From: Salaquimonas sp.
Lineage (GTDB): Bacteria > Pseudomonadota > Alphaproteobacteria > Rhizobiales > Rhizobiaceae
Reading direction: 5' to 3'
Assembly: GCA_049680405.1 (NCBI GenBank)
Contig: JBAUHS010000010.1
Span: 3,777-67,776 of the forward strand
DNA: 64,000 nt
In this document: piece by piece, positions 48,748 through 57,405 of the stretch
Position numbering within the stretch: position 1 is the first letter of the stretch
Layout: every line of letters starts with the position of its first letter
The notes under the pieces: generated by a model
The model's database searches: none
What the model was told of the DNA's origin: nothing
What the model saw: only the letters and a program-made list of their open reading frames with translations
Made by a program: the position numbers and the translations under genes

Positions 48748-50109
48748 TCAGGCTGACCGAATTCTCGGATTGCCCCGTGAACTTAATGCCAGTTCATGAA
48801 GTGCCCAGACCATTGCATCTAGCCGGTCGGGAGATTTCCCGTTGGCCAAACCATCCGGTCCGAAGTCACACAATTGATCTTCAAGTTCAGGAAATGAACC
48901 CACGTGCCGAACTCTTCCTTTTGCATATAACATTGCGATGGGTTCAGCCCGAAGCCATTTACCCCGGCTAGCCCGAACCGCCCTGATAGGCAATGAGGGA
49001 TCTGCCATACCAAGAACAGATTTTACCATGTCGCCGCCCTGATTAACTTCGGCAATCACGCAGTCTGCTTCCAGACGATGATAAAGCGCTGTTACCACGC
49101 TTGCCCATTTTTCAGGTACAACTCCTTGAATGGTAACATCTGCCAACAGATAGCAAATTCCGTCACCGTCTTTTCCAGCGGCAACAATGCCGCAGGCATC
49201 CGACTTTGCGTTCGAACTGGCGGGAGGATCAACAGCTATGATAATTCGCTTCAAAGGCGGATGGTTTTTTACCCGCAATTCATCAAGTTGAGAACGCTGC
49301 CAAAGGGCGCCTTCCCGATCTTCAATAATTTCTCCATTCAACTCCTGGCGACCCAAGCGAGTTCCTGCATATTCATCTGTAACATAGGCAAGAAAACCCG
49401 GAGCGAGAAACCCGCTATTCACAAATGTGGAAGAACGGGTCACTGACGTTGATTTTTCTTTCAGCATTTTCTTCAGAAAAGCCAATGGCTTAGGTGTTGT
49501 TGTAATCATCTGCCGCGGCATTGACCCAAGGCGCATGCAAAATTGCAGCATGTCAAATGTCGTTTCAAGATGTCTCCACTTCACAACTTCGTCGCACCAG
49601 GCTGCCCCAAATTGACTACCCCTCAAGCTTTCAGGATCGTTAGCCGAAAAGACTTGGCCTATCGTGCCATTTGGCCATTCCAACTGTCTGCGGGATGCGT
49701 TCCATTTAGGACGCTTGTCTTTACTGTGAATAGCCATCAGGCCGGATTCACCCTCGATCATGACGGCGAGCGCATCCTGGTAGGTTTCGCCAATGAGTGC
49801 GACGCGGCCCGCCGCATCGCCAAGGGCATAATGATCTTTCAGAATAATAGACTTTAGCCATTCCGCGCCGGACCTTGTTTTTCCGGCACCCCGGCCACCC
49901 ATCAGCAACCATTTTCGCCATTGGCCCGTAGGCGGGATCTGCGGCTCATGGGCCCATGCCCACCAGGTTCGTGACAGGTTCTCTTTTTCATGCGGGTTTA
50001 GTCTGCTCAGAAACTCCTGTCTTTGCTCCGCCGTTCGCAAGGTTCGCAATTTGCTTTTCAAGCGCGTTATGGAATTCCAAAGTATCTTGTGGGTGGAGAC
50101 TGCCAGCAT
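48748..50109 (-). CDS. GTA g2-type terminase large subunit
   Basis: 453 aa. WWAWAHEPQIPPTGQWRKWLLMGGRGAGKTRSGAEW (Walker A) and a C-terminal nuclease domain. The start is uncertain (ATG at 50109 or a TTG at 50061/50049/50040). Confidence 0.92.
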   Translation of the reverse strand: MLAVSTHKILWNSITRLKSKLRTLRTAEQRQEFLSRLNPHEKENLSRTWWAWAHEPQIPPTGQWRKWLLMGGRGAGKTRSGAEWLKSIILKDHYALGDAAGRVALIGETYQDALAVMIEGESGLMAIHSKDKRPKWNASRRQLEWPNGTIGQVFSANDPESLRGSQFGAAWCDEVVKWRHLETTFDMLQFCMRLGSMPRQMITTTPKPLAFLKKMLKEKSTSVTRSSTFVNSGFLAPGFLAYVTDEYAGTRLGRQELNGEIIEDREGALWQRSQLDELRVKNHPPLKRIIIAVDPPASSNAKSDACGIVAAGKDGDGICYLLADVTIQGVVPEKWASVVTALYHRLEADCVIAEVNQGGDMVKSVLGMADPSLPIRAVRASRGKWLRAEPIAMLYAKGRVRHVGSFPELEDQLCDFGPDGLANGKSPDRLDAMVWALHELALSSRGNPRIRSA

Positions 50110-50521
50110 CCGTAATTTTTTCCAGATTTGCGATCATTTCCTCGATGGTCAAGACTCCCTTTGCAATCGCCAGAACATTTCTGGTTTTCGTTTGGGCATT
50201 GCCTTCATTTTCTTCAGAAGCATTAAAACCCGTTTGTTTTTTCAACATCCGTTTCAAAAAATTCAAAATCTGTTTCGCTGTTCGTGCATTGGCCAAACGA
50301 AGATCGTCTTGGGATAAAGTCTTCGGAGTTGTTCTACTGCGAGAACTTGATCTATTTCTTTTTCCGGACTGCCATACTCCATCACAAGACCTTTCGATGA
50401 TCTCGGGTAAACCAATTCCCGACACTACCGAAATTTGCTCCAAGTCCAAACCATGCTTTTCATATAATGCGCGTAAAATTTGCCAACGCTCATCAGATGC
50501 ACGGGATTTATCCCCATTCAT
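49988..50521 (-). CDS. GTA g1-type small terminase-like protein (HTH N-terminus)
   Basis: It is the first gene of the cluster. From the ATG at 50521, the 177-aa protein begins with an HTH-like segment ERWQILRALYEKHGLDLEQISVVSGIGLPEIIERS, then a basic linker and a helical C-terminus. The call rests mainly on position. Confidence 0.55.
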   Translation of the reverse strand: MNGDKSRASDERWQILRALYEKHGLDLEQISVVSGIGLPEIIERSCDGVWQSGKRNRSSSRSRTTPKTLSQDDLRLANARTAKQILNFLKRMLKKQTGFNASEENEGNAQTKTRNVLAIAKGVLTIEEMIANLEKITDAGSLHPQDTLEFHNALEKQIANLANGGAKTGVSEQTKPA

Positions 50522-50625
50522 TTGGAAACCTTTATGATTGGCATTTTGAATTTGAAAATTTGCGCAAAAGCATTTTGAGGGGCGAAGAAGCTTCAATTAA
50601 TGCCCACTTCTTCGACCATGAACAG

Positions 50626-50654
50626 ATACTATCAAATCACCGTCTCGGTGTCAA
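50626..50654 (-). promoter_or_regulatory. Candidate sigma70-type promoter for the GTA cluster
   Basis: The minus strand reads TTTTTATTGACA-CCGAGACGGTGATTTGA-TAGTAT. The -35 TTGACA lies at 50649-50654, the spacer is 17 nt and the -10 TAGTAT lies at 50626-50631. An A/T-rich UP-like stretch precedes it. It lies in the ycgN-g1 spacer. Confidence 0.45.
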
Positions 50655-50673
50655 TAAAAATATGAATATATTC

Positions 50674-51141
50674 CTAATTATTTTCATCTTCATCGGGCCA
50701 GTTGACCAAATGGTCTTCATAATCCTCAGGTTTTAACCCTATTTCGGGTACAATTCGCCCCAAAACAGAGATGCCGGCCTTATGGACCGATTGAGGATCT
50801 CCAGAGACCAGAGGATGCCATGGCCGCAGATCCTTACCTTCTTTGACAAGACGATAGCCGCAGGTGGGCGGAAGCCAGTCAATCTCAGCAACTTTTTCCG
50901 GTGTGAGGTCAATGCAATCCGGGACAACATCAAACCGGAAATCGTAGCTTTTGCATCGACAGGTTTCACAATCGAGTTCGCTGCAGGCAATATTCGTGTA
51001 GTGAATCTCGCCAGTATCCCAGTCTTCAAGCTTGTTGAGGCAGCATTTCCCACAGCCATCGCAGAGAGATTCCCATTCCTGGGAGCTCATTTCTTCAAGT
51101 TTTTTGGTTTTCCAGAAAGGCGCGTTCAAATTATGCCCCAA
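50674..51141 (-). CDS. ycgN: YcgN-family (UPF0260) cysteine-cluster protein
   Basis: 155 aa. [33 protein letters not shown]...CRCKSY is typical of YcgN. Confidence 0.8.
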   Translation of the reverse strand: MGHNLNAPFWKTKKLEEMSSQEWESLCDGCGKCCLNKLEDWDTGEIHYTNIACSELDCETCRCKSYDFRFDVVPDCIDLTPEKVAEIDWLPPTCGYRLVKEGKDLRPWHPLVSGDPQSVHKAGISVLGRIVPEIGLKPEDYEDHLVNWPDEDENN

Positions 51142-51275
51142 TTTTCATGCTGTTAATGATGACTGTTTACCAGAGGTCAAAACTTTGTGCCATGTGGTAT
51201 AAAAGTCTCCAATTCACCAAAATTCTGTTATATAGGAAATATCATAGTATAATTTGACCTGATGAGGTTAGCGCC

Positions 51276-53471
51276 GTGCGCAGTCCGTTCGACAACAATG
51301 GCAAGAAGAAAAAGAGCAATTGGCTCCTGGAAATCGATTCGTGGATCGATTCCAGCATGTTTCGGATGTTTGCTGACGGTTCCGAGCGGTGGGAAAATAT
51401 AACCGTATTCTTCCAGCGATTCAGGGTTACTGGCTTCAAGAAAGCGCTGGTTGAAGTGCTTGACGAAGGACTGACCGTTGGTCTGGCAGGCCTGATCCTT
51501 CTCTTGGCGCTAGCGCTTCCTGCCTTTGACGAAACGAGCAAGAACTGGCGCGACAAAGGCGAATACTCAGTCGTGTTCCTTGATCGTTACGGCAAGGAAG
51601 TTGGTCGACGCGGAATTCGCCAGGCTGACTCCGATGAAATCGACAAATTGCCAGATTACTTCATCAAGGCCGTTCTTGCGACGGAAGACAGGCGCTTTTT
51701 CGAGCATTACGGCATCGACTTTTTGGGCTTGGGCCGTGCGTTGGCCGAAAACGTGCGAGCCAACTCAGTTGTTCAGGGCGGCTCTTCCATCACGCAACAG
51801 CTGGCGAAGAACCTTTTTCTGACCAATGAGAGAACCATTGAGCGGAAGGTTAAAGAGGCTTTCCTTGCATTCTGGCTCGAAACCAATTTGACCAAGAACG
51901 AAATCCTGAAATTCTATTTGGACCGCGCTTACATGGGCGGCGGTAATTTCGGGATTGCAGCTGCAGCAGAATATTATTTTGAAAAAAGCGCCAAGGATTT
52001 AACGCTAGCGGAAGCGGCAATGTTGGCGGGCCTTTACAAAGCCCCTACGAAATATGCGCCTCATATCAATCTACCGAACGCCCGGGCCCGGGCCAATGAA
52101 GTTCTGACCAATATGGTGCAGGCAAATTTCATGACTGAAGGCCAGGTTGTTGCTGCACGCAAAAAGCCCGCAACGCCTGTTGAGCGAAACGATGGTGAAG
52201 GGCCGAACTACTTCCTCGACTGGGCTTTTGAAGAAGTGCAGGAAATCGCTCGCGGACTGCCTGACAAATCTTTCTTCGCCAAAACGACGATTGATGTTGA
52301 TCTTCAAAAAGCTGCCGAAGAAGCAATATCCAGCAATCTACGTCAATTCGGTAAGGAAAAGGGTGTGTCCGAAGCCGCGATGGTTGTGATGGACGATGAA
52401 GGCGCTGTAAGGGCCATGGTTGGCGGCAATGACTATGGCAGCAGCCAGTTCAACCGAGCAACCAATTCGCGGCGCCAGCCTGGTTCCTCGTTCAAGCCAT
52501 TCGTCTATGCAACAGCTGTTGATGAGCTTGAACTGTCTGAGACCAGCCGCGTGGTCGACGGGCCGATCTGCGTTACCACAGCTGGCAGATCCTGGTGCCC
52601 AGGCAATTATTCCGGCCGTTTTAGGGGCGGAATAGACCTGCAAACAGCTATCGTGAAATCAATCAATACAATCCCGGTCAAGTTTTATGTCGGCGCGGAC
52701 GGTCGAAAAGGTATTGGCGGCCAAAAGATTGTCGATAATGCTCGTGCAATGGGTATTGAATCAGAATTGATCATGTCCCCTGCCATGGTGCTCGGTGCCA
52801 ACGGATTGACCGTTATGGAAATGGCAACCGGGTATGGAACATTCATGACTGGCGGATACAAACTTGAGCGCCATGGCATTCTTCAGCTGACCAATACCCA
52901 GGGCGACATCATCTATGACAGACGGGAAAACTTGCAACCTGCAAAGAGAGTTTTGAATGAGCGGACAGTTGGCGTCATGAATAGAATGATGGCGCAAATT
53001 CCAGAATGGGGTACCGCGCGCAATGCTGCTTTGGAAGGCATTAGAGCCGCAGGTAAAACCGGAACAACCAATGCTTATCGTGATGCCTGGTTTATCGGCT
53101 TCACAGGTAATTATGTTGCAGCTGTGTGGATGGGTAATGACAATTATCAGCCGACCAGAAGACTTACTGGCGGAAACCTGCCGGCGATGACCTGGAACAA
53201 GTTTATGACCTTCGCTCATCAGAACATCGATTTGAAGCCAATCCCCTATATTGAGAACCCCCTCCCGGGCATCCCTGAGAAATCAGAAGGGGAGGACCTT
53301 ACCAGCAGTATTCAGCCTATCTTGCGTCCGAAGACACTTTCTGAAAGTGCCGAATCCACACTTCGAAATCTTGGACGCAAGTTGAAGAATGCAGCCCCTA
53401 TCAACAAGCCTGAGATACTTGCTTCACGTTTGCCATCGACAACCTCAATGGAAGGTCAGGCAGCGCAGTGA
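51276..53471 (+). CDS. Class A penicillin-binding protein (PBP1A family; glycosyltransferase plus transpeptidase)
   Basis: 731 aa with a GTG start. GT51 motifs EDRRFFEHYGID and GGSSITQQLAKN. Transpeptidase motifs SSFKP, SIN and KTGTT. Confidence 0.9.
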   Translation: MRSPFDNNGKKKKSNWLLEIDSWIDSSMFRMFADGSERWENITVFFQRFRVTGFKKALVEVLDEGLTVGLAGLILLLALALPAFDETSKNWRDKGEYSVVFLDRYGKEVGRRGIRQADSDEIDKLPDYFIKAVLATEDRRFFEHYGIDFLGLGRALAENVRANSVVQGGSSITQQLAKNLFLTNERTIERKVKEAFLAFWLETNLTKNEILKFYLDRAYMGGGNFGIAAAAEYYFEKSAKDLTLAEAAMLAGLYKAPTKYAPHINLPNARARANEVLTNMVQANFMTEGQVVAARKKPATPVERNDGEGPNYFLDWAFEEVQEIARGLPDKSFFAKTTIDVDLQKAAEEAISSNLRQFGKEKGVSEAAMVVMDDEGAVRAMVGGNDYGSSQFNRATNSRRQPGSSFKPFVYATAVDELELSETSRVVDGPICVTTAGRSWCPGNYSGRFRGGIDLQTAIVKSINTIPVKFYVGADGRKGIGGQKIVDNARAMGIESELIMSPAMVLGANGLTVMEMATGYGTFMTGGYKLERHGILQLTNTQGDIIYDRRENLQPAKRVLNERTVGVMNRMMAQIPEWGTARNAALEGIRAAGKTGTTNAYRDAWFIGFTGNYVAAVWMGNDNYQPTRRLTGGNLPAMTWNKFMTFAHQNIDLKPIPYIENPLPGIPEKSEGEDLTSSIQPILRPKTLSESAESTLRNLGRKLKNAAPINKPEILASRLPSTTSMEGQAAQ

Positions 53472-53532
53472 CGTTTCTCAAATATGCTAATTGCCATCTC
53501 CGTATGGCCTGTTTTTGTAATGGAATGCCCAA

Positions 53533-54114
53533 TTGCGCCTGATTGTGAATGTATTGGTAGTTGTTGCAATCGGTTTGGTGCTGGGCGCCACGACCGCTTG
53601 GTATTCTATTCAAAGAAATCAGGGACTAGGCGGCATTGAAGCCGGGCCATGGACCGCCTGGCCATTTGCTGGGGGATCCGAAGCCGATCCGTACACAATG
53701 GCCAAAGTATCGCGCGATGGGACTATTCCTCTAGGCGCAACAGAAGGTCTTGCCTTTGAAGCTACCACTGATGACCAAAACCAACTGTTGACAAGAAGTT
53801 GCGACTACTCGGTCTCAGGCATTACCCCGCCGTCAAAGCTATGGACCCTTGCGGTTTATGATTCTGATGGCAACACGATTGAACCCTCAAAAGGTAGCCG
53901 GTCGGCTTTGCATTCGGGCAAATTACTTAGATTTCCAGATGGCTCTTTCAGGGTTACGATCAGCAAATACCCGCAACCAGGCAATTGGCTAAGCGTGACA
54001 GGAAATGGTGATTTTTATTTCGTTCTTCGAGTGTATGACACGCCGGTGACCAGCACGTCCGGTCAGGTCAAGCCTCAAATGCCAAATATCATCAGACGGG
54101 ATTGCAGGCAATGA
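53533..54114 (+). CDS. Membrane-anchored DUF1214-like protein
   Basis: 193 aa. N-terminal TM, then GPWTAW...DPYT...LWTLAVYDSDG, resembling the DUF1214 FWSLTxYD block. Confidence 0.5.
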   Translation: MRLIVNVLVVVAIGLVLGATTAWYSIQRNQGLGGIEAGPWTAWPFAGGSEADPYTMAKVSRDGTIPLGATEGLAFEATTDDQNQLLTRSCDYSVSGITPPSKLWTLAVYDSDGNTIEPSKGSRSALHSGKLLRFPDGSFRVTISKYPQPGNWLSVTGNGDFYFVLRVYDTPVTSTSGQVKPQMPNIIRRDCRQ

Positions 54115-54659
54115 AGTGGCGTGCGGTATATTTGATCTTGATGGGGCTGGTTCTTGCCGGGCTGGTTCACATTGCGATTGTTTTGCTTATCCCAAAATAT
54201 GGGACAAAGGACGCCTGGGCATTTCTATCAGGTAGAACAGACCTGTTTTCGTTCACGCGGTTAAAGCCCGAGGAGACCGGCTCAGCTATCTCGGAAGTAG
54301 ACCCCTTCTTTACTTATGGAGTCTGCCGGTTTGATCTGGATGAAGCGCCTCTTAAAATGGTTGGACCTTTGACTTCGACGTTCTGGTCAGCATCTGCTTT
54401 TGATGATGATGGCACGGTTATTTACAGCTTGAACAACAGAACAGCTATCGACAACAAGCTTGATTTGTTGATTGTCAATCCTTTGCAGACTTTGGAATTA
54501 AGGGAAAACGAACCGGAGACGGTTGAAACTTCAGTGGTGATTGAAGCAGCTATATCTAAAGGTTTTGTGATAATCCGCGTCCTTCAACCGGATGAAAGCT
54601 GGACGACCGACAGTGATGCATTTTTCTCGCAAATTGAATGTCAGCGTTACACGTTTTAG
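54102..54659 (+). CDS. Membrane-anchored hypothetical protein paired with the DUF1214-like gene
   Basis: 185 aa. N-terminal TM and an FWSASAFDDDG block. It overlaps the upstream gene by 13 nt. The family assignment (DUF1254/COG5436-like) is tentative. Confidence 0.45.
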   Translation: MQAMKWRAVYLILMGLVLAGLVHIAIVLLIPKYGTKDAWAFLSGRTDLFSFTRLKPEETGSAISEVDPFFTYGVCRFDLDEAPLKMVGPLTSTFWSASAFDDDGTVIYSLNNRTAIDNKLDLLIVNPLQTLELRENEPETVETSVVIEAAISKGFVIIRVLQPDESWTTDSDAFFSQIECQRYTF

Positions 54660-55042
54660 GCGGCCGACTTGATTCTGCGCTAACCTAAGACTCAACTTGG
54701 CTTCTTGCCATCAGACGGTCGGATGGCATGGCTATCGGCCGTTGATATCTTACACCTGTAAAAAACAAAAGCTTCCCAAGCTCAGTTTTTCGATCATTTT
54801 TGCTCTCAAGACTGGTAGTTTCAAAATCACGGTCTTTTTGGCGAAACTCTAATAACATTCCCATCTTTGGCTCCTTTTTGACGCCAAACTCGAATCAACC
54901 ACAATTTTATGTGGCCTTTGGTGATTTCAACCCATGTAAGGTTAACAGTTCGCTAACAAATTAAGGCGCACATTCATTCCAACATATTAGTGATTCGTTC
55001 TTGTTGAGCGAATAATCTGACAAAAAATGGTTGGTGCAATTA

Positions 55043-56272
55043 ATGTCCGCAAATCTGAATCAAGTCACCCGTCCTGCATTTGAACAAATGCCTGTCACTG
55101 ATAGGGCATTGCAAGCTCGTAGCCTTAATGGTGACACATCGCGGGCTGCACATAATAAAGTCTCTGACAGGTCGTCGCATAGCCGCTCAATAGAACATGG
55201 CAAAAGAACATCACGCCTTTTGATTGATGCGACGCGTGATTTTGGTAATATCAAGCGCCCCTCCAGTGAGCAAATTACCCAGTATAAGGAATTGTTTTAT
55301 CAATTGATTGATCAATTGTGTGCTCCTGATCGCCGAATGATATCAGCCATGCTGGCACGCCTTCCTTTTACTCCGCGGGCCGTCGCACTATATTTTGCCC
55401 AGGACCAATTGGATATTGCGGCTCCGTTTTTACTCTTTTCGCAAATTCTCGGAGACCTTGATCTGAGGGCAATTGCCAAGAAAAAAGGGAAATCATATGC
55501 GGAAATCATCAAAAAGCGTCATACTGCACTTGATGCGCATACCAATGCTGCTTTGGACAAAATCATCAGTGGCGAGCAGGATATTGTCATAAGCCAAGCT
55601 GAACTGAAAACTGTTGTTTCGCCAATTGATAGTGTTGAAAAGCCCCAGGCAAAATGGCTGGACGGTAATGAAATTGTTGCTTTGGCCTCAGTCGGTGGAC
55701 GGCTAGGAAAAGGCACTTCAGAGCCTCTCAAACGTGAAACGGTTGAAGTTGCGCCAGTTGTCAGAATTGAAATTGATACCCTGCCAAAAACAGAAACCCG
55801 TCGATTGCTATCGCTGGCACGAAAGCAAGATCTTCCGGCGGTATCGGGTTACATTAAAGAATTGAGCGGCTTGGAAACGGATGCCTCACTTCGTCTGATG
55901 AAATCCAAAACCGGAGATGAGCTGTTGTATCTTGTAAAAGCACTTGGCTTGGCTGCGCCGCATGATATGCAACTCATATTGATGCTGGCGCCAAGGCTTG
56001 GCAGAAGCATCGAGAGCTATCAGCATGCAAAAATGGTTTTGAGCGAGTTGGAGACAGGCATCTGCCGGATGATTTTTAATGAGATCGGGGCACGGTTCAA
56101 TATTGCGGGAAATAACAATCTGAAAAATCAATCTGCGCTTCCAGAACCAGCTATGGGCTTCCAGGATGCAGCCAGAAGACGACGCAGTGACTACGAACGG
56201 GCACCGCTGAGCGCAACAGCCCCCAAACAAAGCAGGTTCAGTTTTGAGAAATCCTTCATTACGGCAAGTTAA
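55043..56272 (+). CDS. DUF2336-like protein
   Basis: 409 aa from the ATG at 55043. The helical-repeat region (ISAMLARLPFTPRAVALYFAQDQLDIAAPFLLFSQILGDLDL) resembles DUF2336 proteins, which are common in Rhizobiales. Confidence 0.5.
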   Translation: MSANLNQVTRPAFEQMPVTDRALQARSLNGDTSRAAHNKVSDRSSHSRSIEHGKRTSRLLIDATRDFGNIKRPSSEQITQYKELFYQLIDQLCAPDRRMISAMLARLPFTPRAVALYFAQDQLDIAAPFLLFSQILGDLDLRAIAKKKGKSYAEIIKKRHTALDAHTNAALDKIISGEQDIVISQAELKTVVSPIDSVEKPQAKWLDGNEIVALASVGGRLGKGTSEPLKRETVEVAPVVRIEIDTLPKTETRRLLSLARKQDLPAVSGYIKELSGLETDASLRLMKSKTGDELLYLVKALGLAAPHDMQLILMLAPRLGRSIESYQHAKMVLSELETGICRMIFNEIGARFNIAGNNNLKNQSALPEPAMGFQDAARRRRSDYERAPLSATAPKQSRFSFEKSFITAS

Positions 56273-56620
56273 TCAAGCCTTCGTATCAACTATCTGAAGC
56301 GATGTGATATCATCATTTTTTTCGATTTCCACTATCCAGCAATCCGGGTCGAATTTTAGCTGCATTTCCATTTTTGTCCGCACATCTTCCTCATTGAGTT
56401 CTCGACCGATACATTCAAAGAAGCGGTCCGACCGATCCTGATCATCAAGGAAAGTTTGTGGTGCAGGTCCATAAATATCAGCTTGATTATTTGCCTTTAG
56501 ATGAACCACAAATATAGCACCAGCTTCTTCAGAGCCTTTGTTCAGGACTACAGCAAAGCTGCCCTGCCCCACCTCCTGGCGGATAAGAGCGGAAACAAAG
56601 ATAGAGGATTTCAAGCGCAT
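56273..56620 (-). CDS. DUF1491 family protein
   Basis: 115 aa. The N-terminus MRLKSSIFVSALIRQ...GSFAVVLNKGSEEAGAIFV matches my memory of DUF1491. Its stop abuts the stop of the convergent gene. Confidence 0.55.
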   Translation of the reverse strand: MRLKSSIFVSALIRQEVGQGSFAVVLNKGSEEAGAIFVVHLKANNQADIYGPAPQTFLDDQDRSDRFFECIGRELNEEDVRTKMEMQLKFDPDCWIVEIEKNDDITSLQIVDTKA

Positions 56621-56644
56621 CGTTGAGCACTTGCGCTAGTCGCC

Positions 56645-57394
56645 TTAAACATGACCAAGCGTGATCAATTTTTCCAGAACGTCAATGTTTGGCTTTCCGG
56701 TAACTTCCAGTTTGTTCTTGAGCTGAAAATCACTAATTGCGGCTTCTGTCTTGCTGCCATATACGCCATCAGCTTCAATCGTCGCAATTCCCGCATTGAC
56801 AATGCCAGCCTGGATTTTCTTGACGATATTTCTATCGTAAGCGGCTTTGTCACTTGAAGCGTTATTATTACCGGAAATTAGTGATTTTAGCGGATCATTG
56901 TTGGAAGCGCTTACAATTGTTGGCGTGTCGCGATAGATCTTGCTCAGCAATTCCTCGCTTGGATTGCCAGTTGGTTCCATGTCATGGCGCTTTTGGTATT
57001 GCACGATCGAATTGCGAGTAACCGGGCCAATCAAACCGTCAACCGTACCGGAAAAATCACCGCTTTCCAGCAATGCCTGTTGAACTGACGCAACCAATTC
57101 AGAGCGTTGCGGTTTTGCGGTAGATGTATCGCGAGCCGCATCCCCATTGGTTGGCAAAGGTGCTTGTTTGGCAGCATATTTGGATACCTTCACCGGCTTG
57201 ACCATAGGGGTAATTGACTGGGTGGTTGTCAAATCGCGCGTGGCCCAAATTGGATCGGGATGGCTGCCGCTTTGGGCATAAAATGCATTGCCAGCCACAA
57301 GGGCGAATGCGATTGCAAATGTGCAAGTGCCTGCAGCTACAGAAGGGTTGTTCTGGAGTGAGGAAAACAGGGTGTCCATAATGCTGTTTCTCAT
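56645..57394 (-). CDS. Peptidoglycan-binding domain protein (two PG_binding_1 repeats)
   Basis: 249 aa. N-terminal anchor. The repeats are DGLIGPVTRNSIVQYQKRHDMEPTG and DGVYGSKTEAAISDFQLKNKLEVTG. Confidence 0.75.
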   Translation of the reverse strand: MRNSIMDTLFSSLQNNPSVAAGTCTFAIAFALVAGNAFYAQSGSHPDPIWATRDLTTTQSITPMVKPVKVSKYAAKQAPLPTNGDAARDTSTAKPQRSELVASVQQALLESGDFSGTVDGLIGPVTRNSIVQYQKRHDMEPTGNPSEELLSKIYRDTPTIVSASNNDPLKSLISGNNNASSDKAAYDRNIVKKIQAGIVNAGIATIEADGVYGSKTEAAISDFQLKNKLEVTGKPNIDVLEKLITLGHV

Positions 57395-57405
57395 GAGATA
57401 CTCCT

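Larger units (their letters stand above)
35438..50654 (-). mobile_element. RcGTA-like gene transfer agent locus: promoter, g1-g15 head-tail genes and an attached lysis-like mini-cassette
   Basis: The gene order is colinear with RcGTA. From g1 to g15 it runs: TerS-like, TerL, portal, small membrane ORF, HK97 protease, HK97 capsid, gp6-like connector, head closure protein, DUF3168, TP901-1 tail tube, two chaperone-like ORFs, short tape measure, DUF2460, DUF2163, NlpC/P60 and a 1288-aa gp15. No integrase, repressor, replication genes or att-like repeats are present. Both flanks are core genes. Confidence 0.85.

Noticed and set aside
36066-50596. Interpretation of the head-tail cluster as an intact or decaying prophage.
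   Set aside because: No integrase, excisionase, repressor, replication or lysogeny genes are present. There is no tRNA or flanking direct repeat. The size, gene order and short tape measure match RcGTA-type GTAs, and the flanks are core genes.
54942-54956. CtrA-box-like sequence TTAA-CAGTTCG-CTAA upstream of the DUF2336-like gene.
   Set aside because: It has one mismatch to TTAA-N7-TTAA. It is a single occurrence and is not near the GTA promoter or the gafYZ-like genes. By-eye scanning of the g1 and GafY-like upstream regions found no full CtrA box. A proper PWM scan is needed.
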